Positions 40,143-51,358 of a stretch of DNA of 64,000 nucleotides are shown here, piece after piece. The notes below the pieces were generated by a model. The model made no database searches. It was given only the letters and a program-made list of their open reading frames with translations, and was not told the DNA's origin. The first letter of the stretch is position 1. Each line of letters starts with the position of its first letter. The stretch covers positions 1,642,052 to 1,706,051 of the forward strand of contig NW_003314273.1 in NCBI RefSeq assembly GCF_000143415.4, written 5' to 3'. The position numbers and the translations under genes are program-made. Origin of the DNA: Selaginella moellendorffii (Eukaryota > Plantae > Lycopodiophyta).

Positions 40143-43100
40143 TCACGCCTCCTCTGATTCAGATTCGGATTGTTCACCTTGAAATAAAATACATTAGAAA
40201 CTTAGTAAAGGAATATTAATGAATCTCACCTTGAACCCGGGTTATGAATGCCCTTGCTGCATCTCTTGCATGGTCTGGCAAGGTGATGGTGGCACTCTGC
40301 TTCCGCATCCAACCATGCACAACATTATCCACCGATATGCTCATGCTGGGATCCCTTGGATTCAGCACCCATCATATCCGGAACTTGGCTTGAACCACTC
40401 CATAGTTACATTGAAGGAGTTAGTTTCCGCGTCCTCCTCTGCATCAGTGATGCAGCGCCCCACCCATATCATTTGTTTTTTATTACTGGGTCTGACAAGC
40501 ACGACCATTCCTTTGCAGACCTGTACTGGATTGAATGCTGAATCCGGCTTCTTGTTCCTCGGCCCACAATAGTGATCCTCAACATCGTTATCTGTCACTG
40601 CATTTCCAGAGGACATTGTTCTGCTACTATTTGGTGCTCTGGGTTCTGGCCAAAAGGACTCTTCCAATTCTTCATATGCAACCGGTCCATTTTGGATAGC
40701 AGATATAATCTTCTCCCAGTATTCGAGCAAAGGCTTGCACCTCTGAAAATAGGATTCTCCACCAAACACCAACCCCCTCTTCCAGAAGGCAATATGCTGT
40801 CTAATCCCGGCCACTATACTTTCCTGGTCTTTGAGTCCATCCGGGTGCATCGGCCGTGGGGAACCCTGAGGAATCATAGGTTCCCCAGTTATGGGATCTC
40901 TCTTGAAAAGTTCAATGCCGTCCACTGGCAGCCACACTGTGTCCCATTCTCTCATCTTGTACCTCATCACTGGAGCACCGTCACGCATGCTGAAATGAAA
41001 TTGAAGAGGCTTGGAGTGGCCAATCAGCGTTTCGGATCCGTCCCTGATGTAGCCTCTTACAAACCCCTTAAAGTCTGGAACCTCTGTCACAACTGCAACT
41101 TCAACAGTGCCTTTGATGCAATTTTGGAATTCATCGTAGAGTTGTGGGAGGGTGAGGACATTGGATCGCCAGAGGGACTCTGCCAGGTGACTGAACATGG
41201 CATCGACGTCTTCATGAGTGTGCCCAACCATGAGAAAGCCAAGTGTAACCGTTTCAAATATGCCTTTGGCAACAAGCATCGCCAAGTACGCGAAGACGTA
41301 CATGTTTTTGTTCTCACTGCCAGCATTGTCTGTTTGGAGCAGAAGATGGGGTGGAAGGCCACATCGGCCGCAAGAACTTCCTTGAGATTCTGCTTCGTTT
41401 GGATGAGGCTGTGCATTCACCGGGCGACCAGCCTCGTCGGAATGGCATGAGGCCTCACGTGATAACCCTACAATCTGACGGCCAACATATTCACTGGGAT
41501 GGCATGGGGCCCCACGTGATACTGCAAGCCTTTGCTCCTCCTCCAACTGAACCCTGTATGGGGTTCGATCGACAAGGGCCTTATGCAAGGGTTGGCCGTT
41601 CAGCTCAGTCTGCGCACTTTGCAGAGACCTTAAGTGTTTTGCTAGGGACGCAATCATCATGTTTGCACCCCCGCCACCCCATAGAGGTACAAAGAAGTTC
41701 CCATAGTTCTGGGCACCATGCCCATGAGCGATTATGCCAAACAGAGACATAGGCAGCTGCATGGATGAAGAGATTGCCTTGGGGGCAGGATTGAGTCGAG
41801 GTAAGCACATCTTTTTCTGGTCCATTTTGTCGTGGATGATGCAGAGGTAAGAGTCAGGTCTCTCCATGGAGAGAATCCTGTTATGATAATATGCAGTCCT
41901 GCAGCTTCTCTGCTCGATGTTGTGGTCGAGCCGCCTTCTAACCAACGTCTCTCGCTCTTGAGTGCTGCAAGAATTCTTTGACAAAGCCATTTTGATAGCA
42001 GTGCACTTGTCACACTTTGAAAAGCTGGAGTACTTTCCTATACTCACATCCCTGAACCTGTTGCTCCACAATCTACTAAATCTAGATTGGCTCAGCTTCC
42101 TGTAGCCATTACTCTGGAGTTCCCGATTCACATCTTCCAATATGGCCCCCTTGGTATACATGGAAGGGAGAACTCGTTGGGTGTCTCGTGTTCCATCTTC
42201 CAAGAGGCGGGTTTTATGTGGTTGCGGCTCGCTACATGTCTCGACAAACCTCTTGAAGATTGCCTCTCCATATACAACATGACCCCTGGTTTTGTGCATA
42301 CCGTCGTTCCCATGGACTGCCTGTTGAACCCTTTGTTCCTCGAACTCAGTTTTGATTCTGTAGAATGTGGTTCGAGGGACTCCATAAATGATTCTCCATG
42401 CCTTCATGCAGACCAAACCCCTCTGGAAGACCATGCCCCCCACCTGATGTTCTGAAGCATCAACAGATGACCGTAATGCCTCATACACAAAATTGCGAGC
42501 TGCCTTCCAGGACAATGTCTTGTATCTTGCTCTCTCCTCTTCAATAGCATCCCAATCAGCATGTTGACAGCACCTCCTCTTGCAACAAGCAACTGTCGAG
42601 ACCATTCGAACCTCCATCGCCATTTTCTGCCTTTTCGGTTCGTTGCTCAGATCCCTTTGGCTGCGCTTTAGGAAGGTGTACTTTCTTTTCCCATGAAGAG
42701 ATGTTCTGTCATCAGTTGTAGTGGTGTTTGATTGTGAATCCTTCACATTCTCAAACACTAAATGCCTCAATTTCCACCGCACAATGCTTCCAATAGTCAG
42801 ACTGTTTTCTTCTGTGTCAACAACCTCTAAAATTGCAACTCCAATATCATCCTAGCCCAATTCTTGATTAGCAACCGCATCTCTTGGATCGACAACTGTG
42901 GCTAAGCCCTCAGCTACCACCTCCCCCTCGGGGTTGTTTAGAAACACCTTTGCCTGAATCCATGTAGCACAGTTCTTAAGATCCACGGAGGGAACATGCG
43001 TCGCACTTGCGCTGTCCCCAACATCTGCTTTCTTCTGAAGATTTTTCAAGGCAACAACAACATTTACCCCGACGACCATCTCTCCTCGTTCAATAGCGAC

Positions 43101-43262
43101 CACATTCCCATCGAAGACAGTCTCTACTGATACAGCAGCATTGCCTTCCCTAAGCCTTTGACAGTGTATAACAAAGTTCCGATCCATAGACACAAGGGTC
43201 CCTTTTGCAACTCTCTTCCCACCATTCAAAATGTAAACCTTTTCCCCAACCCTGAAGGCCAT
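40143..43262 (-). pseudogene. Sola1-like DDD transposase (~1030 aa reconstructed), damaged
   Basis: Motifs VCMKAWRIIYGV, FSKCDKC, IIHDKMDQKK, LQTDNAGSENKN and GFLMVGHTHEDVDAMFS. Two N-terminal VAKG/VAEG beta-rich repeats. In-frame TAG at 42852-42854 and a 22-bp deletion near 40373 relative to copy 2. A predicted 52-bp intron (40178-40229) precedes a last exon GEQSESESEEA*. Confidence 0.8.
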
Positions 43263-44550
43263 TCTGAAAGTGTAGAAAAGAAGTTAAGACCATACAAAAA
43301 ATGATTGGAGAATGGCCTAAATCATAACATACCAAACAACCTCAATCGCATGAGGCCACATGCCATTATTCAAACATGCTATTGACACCCACGTGAAATT
43401 TCGCATTCACAAAATTGGCATGAGGCCTCATGCCATCTTGATATACACACAGCTGCAGGCAAGTAAAAACATACATGACAATACGTTAGCCATGAAATTG
43501 CAAGGGCCCAAGATGGCATGTGGCCTCATGCCATTTCTAAATGTGGTCCTAAGCCATTCCATGGTGAACATACCAGGAAGCACAAGTGCCGAATATCAAG
43601 AGGAAGCGGTAGCCACACCAAAGACAGTGCCGCTCGCAACACCGCAACTACTCGTAGTGCCACTCGCAACACCGCAACTGCTCGTAGCGCCGCTTGCACA
43701 AACTGCCACTCACATAAACTGCCGCTCGCAATGGCGCTCGCAATGCCGCAACCGCTCATAGACGCATAAACCACAGCCCACAACGCCGCTTACACAAGCA
43801 GCGCTCACTGTGCTCAGCGGAACCAAGAACACGGCGCACAAAAATGATAGACCTAGGAATGAGTTCGAGAATTCAAAAATAACACATGCTTGAACGTCAC
43901 ATCAAATCCTCTGACAAACCAGATCTTATGATTCCTCTGACAAATTTCAAACTGAGTAGCTTCTAGACTTTGTTGTCGGAGGTTGAACTTTGTCACATCA
44001 TGTCCTTGCCTCGATCCAGCTGTGCCATGTCAGTGATTCGAACTTTGCCATGCCATGTCAGCGATCCGTGCCAAGATTATTCGCCGTGTAAATGAATAAT
44101 TATGCTGTGTGTGTACATCCATTTATGGCAATATAAGGCCACATGCCATTCAAAGAATAATGCTAGTCGAGCATTTTTTGGTGCATTTTTGGGTTCAAAA
44201 TTGGATGAGCCCACACGCTAAAAAGTTTACCTGTACCAAAAATAGAAACAGCTTTATTTACTTTAAGTGGTTGAGGCATTTTTAAACTTACAAACACATG
44301 CCCTACTTACATTCCTTTGGTTGCTTAAAATTCAAAAATATTATAAACCTTTCTTTTTGCATTTTCAATGTTTTCAATTATGGTTTTTTATTATCGCAGG
44401 ACCAGCCTAGTAATCTATTTGCATCCCGTCATGTTTATAGCTAGCTTTCGTTTGTCCCCTTCGCTAGCATGAGATACATCTGCTCGGCATCTGCCTCTTA
44501 CAGCATTTGCCCAGAAAGGGCATCTTTCTTCACGCAACATTTGCCACATG

Positions 44551-44576
44551 TTTAGGGTTTAGGGTTTAGGGTTTAG
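44551..44576 (+). repeat. Interstitial plant telomere repeat (TTTAGGG)3-4 / telo-box in the intergenic region
   Basis: TTTAGGGTTTAGGGTTTAGGGTTTAG. Confidence 0.85.
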
Positions 44577-46335
44577 CAATTCAGTAGCTTGATAAACATG
44601 CAAATACAGAACTTGATGCAAAATCCTTTGATATGTCACAATGCCCCTAGGACCATAAACACATTTCAATAGAAAAGGTCCTTTCATTTCATAACTCCTT
44701 ACGTAGATCTTGGTGAAACCAGAGTTAGTGAAGTTGGTTTCTTGTGATCCCGCATCTGATTGTGATGTCCCTTTGCAGTGTCGATGGAAAGGTCAATGCA
44801 CACCAAACTGTAAAATCTTGGAGAAAAATAACGGTCGGATCTATGGCAAATGCCCCTGAAACATTGTAAGGCTCGTGTGGTCTCATGTGGTGTACGATTG
44901 AGATGCTTCTTTGCAGGGTCATCAAGAAAGACATTGTATACCATTCTGTAAAATCTAGTTGCGATCTAACGGTTGGATCTCTAGAAAACTCAAAAAAATC
45001 TCGCGCGTGTCAGAATATTCTAGGAATATACTCCTATGTGCCCCTGAAAATGGCATGCAGCCCCACACCATTCAAGAGATAACACCAGATGACGCCGAGC
45101 ATTTTTTGGTGCATTTTTTGGGATTTTTTGTATACCATTCTTTATTTAGCTGAATATCTGGCATTTTTGGAAATATAAGATGGTTTGGAATATCCAATCA
45201 TGCATGGTATAAATATAGCGAGGGTATTAAATGATATCCCAATCATGATCTTTCTTTTGGATTTCACGTGCATGCAGTCCGAGGAATGATGACGTTGCGG
45301 ATTTCTTTTGGATTTCACGTGCATGCATGCGCGCGGCGATCCAGAAATTAATGGTGGCGCCCAAGTCCGAGGAATGATGACGTGGTGGGATTACCAACCG
45401 TCATGACATTTCGCGCGTGTGAGGTTAGGTTTTGCATTTTGCTTCGTACTCGCGCTCGCACACTCGCGCTCGCATCGCGCTCCCACTCGCGATCACGCTC
45501 ACATTCGCGCTCATCTACCTTCTCTACATGTTTCTCGTGTGCATCGGCGTCCACTCGCGCTTGCATCACACTTGCGCTCGCATCGCGCTCGTGTGCATCG
45601 GCGTCCACTTCAAGACACACCCAGTTTGTAACTTCGCCGCCAACTCCGCCGCCCACTCCGCCACCCACATGCAGCCCACTTGGTGTCCCGGGAGATTTCA
45701 GCGCCACTCTCCAACTGTAAGTGGCAGAGTAGCCTTGCTGCTACAATCCGCTGCACACACAGTGCACATTCGCCAGCGAGTCCGGCCTCGATTGTCACGC
45801 CTCCATTCGGCTTGAAATGGTAAGTCTTTTAGGCCAAGTAGAAAATGGCATGAGGCCACATGCCATTCAGTAGCAACATTGGCATGCACCGATTGGGCTC
45901 TCGAGTGCATTCCGGTTACAGATGGCGTGTAGCCTCACGCCATCTTAGGATGCAGCCTCAAGACATCTGATGCAGTGGTGAATGGCGTGTGGCCTCACGT
46001 TATTTCCAGCTGCTAGCTTTTCATCTGTCAGCTCTAATTGTTGTGCATTTCTGAATAGGCAAGGAATTGCGTTCTTCTTCCAGCCACTGTCAATGTGGAT
46101 GCAGAGAAGGGGGAGGAGCTCACCAGTTGGACTTTCGGGATGGAAGGCGAGGATCTGAGGCTGTACAACACAGGTGGTGGGAGAAAAGAATGCATGGGGA
46201 TCCTTATCCAAGTGACAGACACTCCATGCAGTTCCATGCAAGAATATGGACTGGCACTTGTGGTAGAGACAGCGTCTGCCTTCAAGATCCACCAGGCCCA
46301 CAATTTCAAAGACGCTGCGGGTCTATGAAGATCAC

Positions 46336-47157
46336 ATGGAATCCACAGACCTCACCTATGGCGATGTTCAAAAACTATATTCCAACATTGAGCCGTTGAG
46401 AGTGCCTCCAGTTCACGAAGCGAAGGGGAAGGGGGTCGATCTGGAAACTACCCTGAAGCAGAAAAGGGTGGTCAAGCTCAAGCCGACGTCCGACTCTCCT
46501 GCTCCAAAAAAGAAGCTACTCGGTGATGCCATTGCCTCGGGTTCGAACACTACACCCACCAAAAAGAAGAGCCGCAAAGAGCAGAAAGAGCAAGAAGAGG
46601 CAGCAAAAATCGTCGCAGATAATAGTACTTGTTACTATTCCAACAAAGTATATACAATCGACGTGAGCCGTATCGACATCCAAAGCAAATACAACCACAG
46701 GCTAGTATCTGATGAGTGGGTGGAGAAACTGAAGCAGAAGATGTTGGCAAGTCCAGTAACACCTGACATCGCAGATGTGATCCCCTACAACCGAACAATG
46801 AAGGGCGAGACGAGGTTTCCAGACTTGATCAATAGGAAGGTGTTGGACGATCAGAACATCCGGTTCTATGCCGTCTCCGGGCAACATTCTAGCTTGGCGA
46901 TACAAGAGATAGTTGTGGATATTATGGTGGGCGAGGAGGTGAAGAAAGTCTTCAAGACAAGAGTTGTCCGCCTGATAAAAGGCAACTCGCCCCTCCGATC
47001 TATCATATACATCTCCCACGCACAGAATGTCAAGCAAGAAACGTGCTACAAATCGGGTCTGCACGAGACATTGGCACGAACACGGAAGCTCTGGGTTCAA
47101 CTAAAGAAGCCACAAAAACCAGGACAAGGACGTGCACTAGCAACTAGCGCCTGGCAG
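46336..47157 (+). CDS. Cargo gene exon: basic region plus ParB/Sulfiredoxin-like domain
   Basis: IDVSRIDIQSKYNHRLVSDEWVEKLKQKML...FYAVSGQHSSLAIQEI...VRLIKG...ISHAQN follows the ParB/Srx pattern (GxHRxxA degenerate, terminal N). It splices in frame through GT-AG intron 47158-47211. Confidence 0.6.
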
Positions 47158-47211
47158 GTAAGCCTCGTTGCATATGGCATAGCATGTGGCCTCACGCCAT
47201 TTCCATTGTAG

Positions 47212-48535
47212 GAATTCTTGAGTCTTCTCTCGAAAACACTGGGGGTCAATGACACACTCAACATCCATAACATTCTACTCGTGACAAAAGTTATTTTTGA
47301 CAAATGGGTAGATGTGCTGAGGAGGTACCATGACGGGGAGTTGCTAAACTCAATGGGTGTGGAGGACGGCCGGAAGCCCAATGATTTGAAGCTCAACGCT
47401 TTGCGTTTCTCGCGGTCTCTAGACGACGACGACCTTCTGACAGTGGCTAATGCTCTTCTATGTGGTGAGGTAGTCTTCAACAAGACCAAAATGACTCCCA
47501 GCCATATTGTGACATACGAGGACTTGTGCACGACTCTGAGAGCTCGTGCGCTATTGAAGGATTGGATCTTCGAGCAAGTGGCCGTGGAGAGGGTGAGCAT
47601 CGACACCACGCAAGAGATGATGGAAGCACTGGAGTTGTCAAATAAAGACATCGACGAGTACGTGAAAGGGGCCCCCAAGTTCATCGATCTGCTGCGGGAT
47701 GCCACGAAAAGTAAAGCTGAGAAGTTGGATCAGTATCCAAATTTCATTAAGAGGGATGTCGACCACCGGCTTCAGAAACAGCTCGATCCCGCAGCAGAGG
47801 CCTATCGAGAACCTTACCGGGTATACGTGAATTCGGATGAGGATCAAAGGTGGAGGAGCATCGTTTCCCGCGGAGATGAGCAGGTCAAGAACATCTTTTG
47901 TGTGATGGACTTCACAAACAAGGAGATCACTCATGCAGACGAAGTCAGCTCCATCATTGACTTAATGGTGGGACTTGCGGAGGTGGAATCTTCAGTCCAC
48001 TATATGATCTACGACTCCGAATCCTATCACAAGTTCTGGAAGGCCTTGAACGAGGTGAAGGCTCGGTTGAAAAGCAAGGAGATGCGGGAGATCCATGGGA
48101 TAATGGCTAAAAAGAAGATACCGACGAATGTCCGCATCTTCACACTCGCCCTTGTTATTGGTCCTGCAGCAGAGTGGGACTGGAGTGACTTCCCAGCTTC
48201 GTTCGACAAGGCCGATCGAATTGATCTGAGGGAGGTCAATTTACCCGTGCCTGAGGAACTGAAGACGGCTATGGAGCTTTCGAATCCAAAGAAAGCTCCA
48301 GGTGCAGCATGGGAAATGCTCAGCTGGGTCTTCAACGCAATAGCGGGTGGGTCACCTGCTTCCGACTCCAAGGGCAAATGCGTTGTCGAGTACAACTGCG
48401 GTGGACTATTCTTTCGAGCCACACTACTCAAGGGTGTCCCGTGTGTTGCGGTGACAAACTCCATTGAAGAGGTGACTTCAATGGAGCATATAATTACAGT
48501 TGCCAAAGAAAAACAGTATCTTCTCTGCAAACCTG
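47212..48535 (+). CDS. Cargo gene exon: helical region plus degenerate beta-class N6A/N4C DNA methyltransferase-like fold
   Basis: IFCVMDFT sits at the DPPY position. NPKKAPGAAWEMLSWVF...GKCVVEYNCGGLFFRATLLKGVPCVAVTNSIEEV resembles KP..L...I....GD.VLDPF.GSG....A....GR..IG.E. The catalytic and SAM-binding motifs are not canonical. Confidence 0.45.
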
Positions 48536-48585
48536 GTGAGTACGCACTTTAAGTTTAAATGTTATCTCACAAGCTCTGTATGCAG

Positions 48586-50448
48586 GAGCATGGCCACCCC
48601 AAGATGCTGAAACGGTGTTAACAGCTACTGTTGAAGATACCCATGTTGGGCCGAGCTCACAACCTGCACAAGGTAAGGTCATGTGAGGCCTCACGCCATT
48701 TTGATTATAGATCGTTGTGAATATTCAGACACGAGGACTGAAAAGCGCACTGGTGGTGCATCGAAGAAGGACAAACAGACAAGCAATAGGAAAAAAGGAG
48801 GTACAAATTATATTTGCAATGGCGTGTGGTCTCATGCCATTCCTTGCAGGAGACACTTCTTCAAAGGCAAAACAGGCAAGCACCAACCAAGCTCAAATTA
48901 ACAGTGGTCATAAAAAGCGAAAGCACGTTGGACAGTCGTCGAGATCAGAGGCGTTTGATTCGAAAAGGAAGAAGGGCAACGAAAAGATGATAGGTAATGC
49001 CTCGCAGTTATGGCGTGTGTGCTCATGCCATTCATTGCAGATCAAGGGCTGAGTGAAAGCAGCTAGTCACCACCTCCTAACTCAGATTCCTATGGCGGAC
49101 TCCCCTTCCCCAATCTCAATGGAGAGGTACAAGGATAAGGGATGCTTTTCAAGTCAGGGCCACGTTTTTCTCATCTCGTCGTCTTCGAAGGGTGCAAGAA
49201 TGTGCAGAAACCATGTTAAGACAGTCGGGTGAGGATACGGTCCTAGGTCACGCACTAAAACAGGCTATGGATGTCTTGTATTTTGAGATGGAGACTCGGC
49301 CAAATGATTTTCCCAAGATGGTCCTGGAAGAACAAGCCATCCAGCCTGAGCAGCCTATGGAAAAAATGCAAGAGGGGGATGAGGAGCCAGAGAAAGATAA
49401 TGAGCAGGAAGAGCAGAAGGACGAAGAGGAGGACAAAGAAGAGGAGGACGAAGAAGAGGAGGACGAAGAGGACTTGGATGGTCCTCACAATGGTGACGAT
49501 CACAATAACGATGACAACGATGATGATGACGATGGCCAGCCTGAGGTGGCCAAAGAGCAGCGGAGGAAGGTCATACAAGACAAACTATCAGGTAAATAAT
49601 AGTACATCCATTCCTAACCTTTTACCATTTCTAACATTGTCCATGTAGGTCGTAGAGCAAATGGTAAGTAGAGATTATTCAGTTGAATTTACAAACTCTA
49701 GCCTTTAGTGTCGAGGAAGGATAGTGCCAAGCAAGGGTCGAAACGTATGTCCAATCCTTCAGAATCAGCAGTACGCCCAAGTGATATCGGTCCTAGTTCC
49801 TCAATAGCAGTTGATGGTAAATACAGTATAGTCGATTCAATGTGCTAATGAGTTTGTTTTTAGTAGCATGGGAGGATACCATCTCAATCGAAGGGAGATA
49901 TTTGGACATGCATATGGATCCGCCAATGGACTCTACTTGCCTGCAAGAGTCATCAGAGCTGGTGGAGGCTACTATCCATATCAACGCCAAGCAAGCTGAC
50001 CACGCTCCACTTGATGCTGCCCATACCACTGAGTCAATCTTGTCCACGTATCCAACTGACGGTGACCAGGCGCCATTGGACCCGCATGAGGCCGCCCCAG
50101 CCGCCGAGCCGGTCATATCCTCATTTCCAACGGACTCAATGTGTGCCCAATCGTCTGACTACGCGCCGTTGGAACCTCCCTACACCGCCCCTGCTGCCTG
50201 TTCGGTCATGTCCACTTTGCCAACGGAGGCACCAGCTGAAATGGCGTGTGATCACACGCCATCAGAACCACCCCATGCCACTGTTGAGCCAGTTGTACCA
50301 GAGTCTACAGCTGAAATGGCATGTGCCTACACGCCATCGGATGCGATTGACCCCACATTGCAGAGGAGAGTATTTCCGCCCTTCACGTTTCCTCGACCAA
50401 AACCCTCTCAACGACCATCGGGAGCACCATTCGCTAATATTGTAGATG
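48586..50448 (+). CDS. Cargo gene middle exons: low-complexity basic, acidic (E/D tract 49370-49530) and Pro/Ala-rich linker; lesion(s) around 49041-49190
   Basis: Phase-1 GT-AG introns at 48536-48585, 48673-48728 (or 48710), 48801-48849, 48994-49040, 49592-49648, 49664-49708 and 49817-49863/6 chain the ORF pieces. An in-frame TAG lies at ~49064. Confidence 0.55.
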
Positions 50449-50495
50449 GTAAAATTGACTTGTACCATTTTTTATGCTGACGCATTTCATTTCAG

Positions 50496-51358
50496 AGTCA
50501 CGGCGAAGGTACTATATCGTTTTTGATCTGAACGGTGTCCTTTTCTCCCATGAGCGTGGCTCGTCCTCGAATGTCACTGCACCCTCTAAAGCCTGCGGTC
50601 GCAAGTTGGTCAAAAGAGACAGATTCACATTAATCACACGGGAGAAACTGCGGGATCTAATAATGACCATGCAACACTTAAAACAGAGGGCCGGGTTCAA
50701 TTTGCAATTGGGAGTTTGGACATCCATGATGCGCCACAATGCATTAACGTTGCTACAGATGATGCACGATCGGACGCGAGTAATATTACCATTTGACTTT
50801 CTCCTAACGCAGGAGGATTGCTTGACTATGGTCCATGTGAGGGGTAGCAAGCCCATCTTCGTCAAGCCAGAGGCTGTAGTGATGAACCGGACTGCTAGTT
50901 CAAGTGAAATCCTCATCATCGATGACTCGCCGATTAAAACTGTAGCGAACACGCACACATATGCAGTGCACCCCATCTCTTGCAGTATGGAAACTAGGGA
51001 GAAGAAACCGTATGTTCTGGGGGACCTTGCAAAACGGCTTGGAGCGATGGTGATAGAGAACCGGCCAGTCCAGGAGGTGGCTGCAAAAATCAACCAAATG
51101 GCAGATGGAACGGTATATCAGAAGCCATTTGATCAGACAGACACCAGTCATCATTTATGGCATGTATATTGTCTAGCCAAGCACTATCCGCATCTTCATA
51201 ATCTGCTCAACCGGATGGGTTCTTCGACCACTGAACATGAGCGTGGACGTATTAGAGAAGAGATGGCATTACTATTGGGTTTAAATCCTGATAGTGTGGA
51301 GAGTGATGAAATTCCAAGATTATTGTATAGGCGTTGGAGGCAAAAAATAATAGTCTGA
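50496..51358 (+). CDS. Cargo gene last exon: FCP1/NIF-type HAD phosphatase-like domain
   Basis: YYIVFDLNGVL (motif I, DLNG variant), LGVWTSMMRHNA (motif II) and ILIIDDSPIKT..N (motif IV). It is joined in frame via a 47-bp intron at 50449-50495. Confidence 0.8.

Noticed and set aside
40572-41450. 292-aa plus-strand ORF (and twin 61393-62271)
   Set aside because: Antisense shadow of the transposase with no recognisable motifs. Its conservation is explained by the recent duplication.
44551-44576. Chromosome end or telomere
   Set aside because: Only 3-4 units, internal to a transposon.
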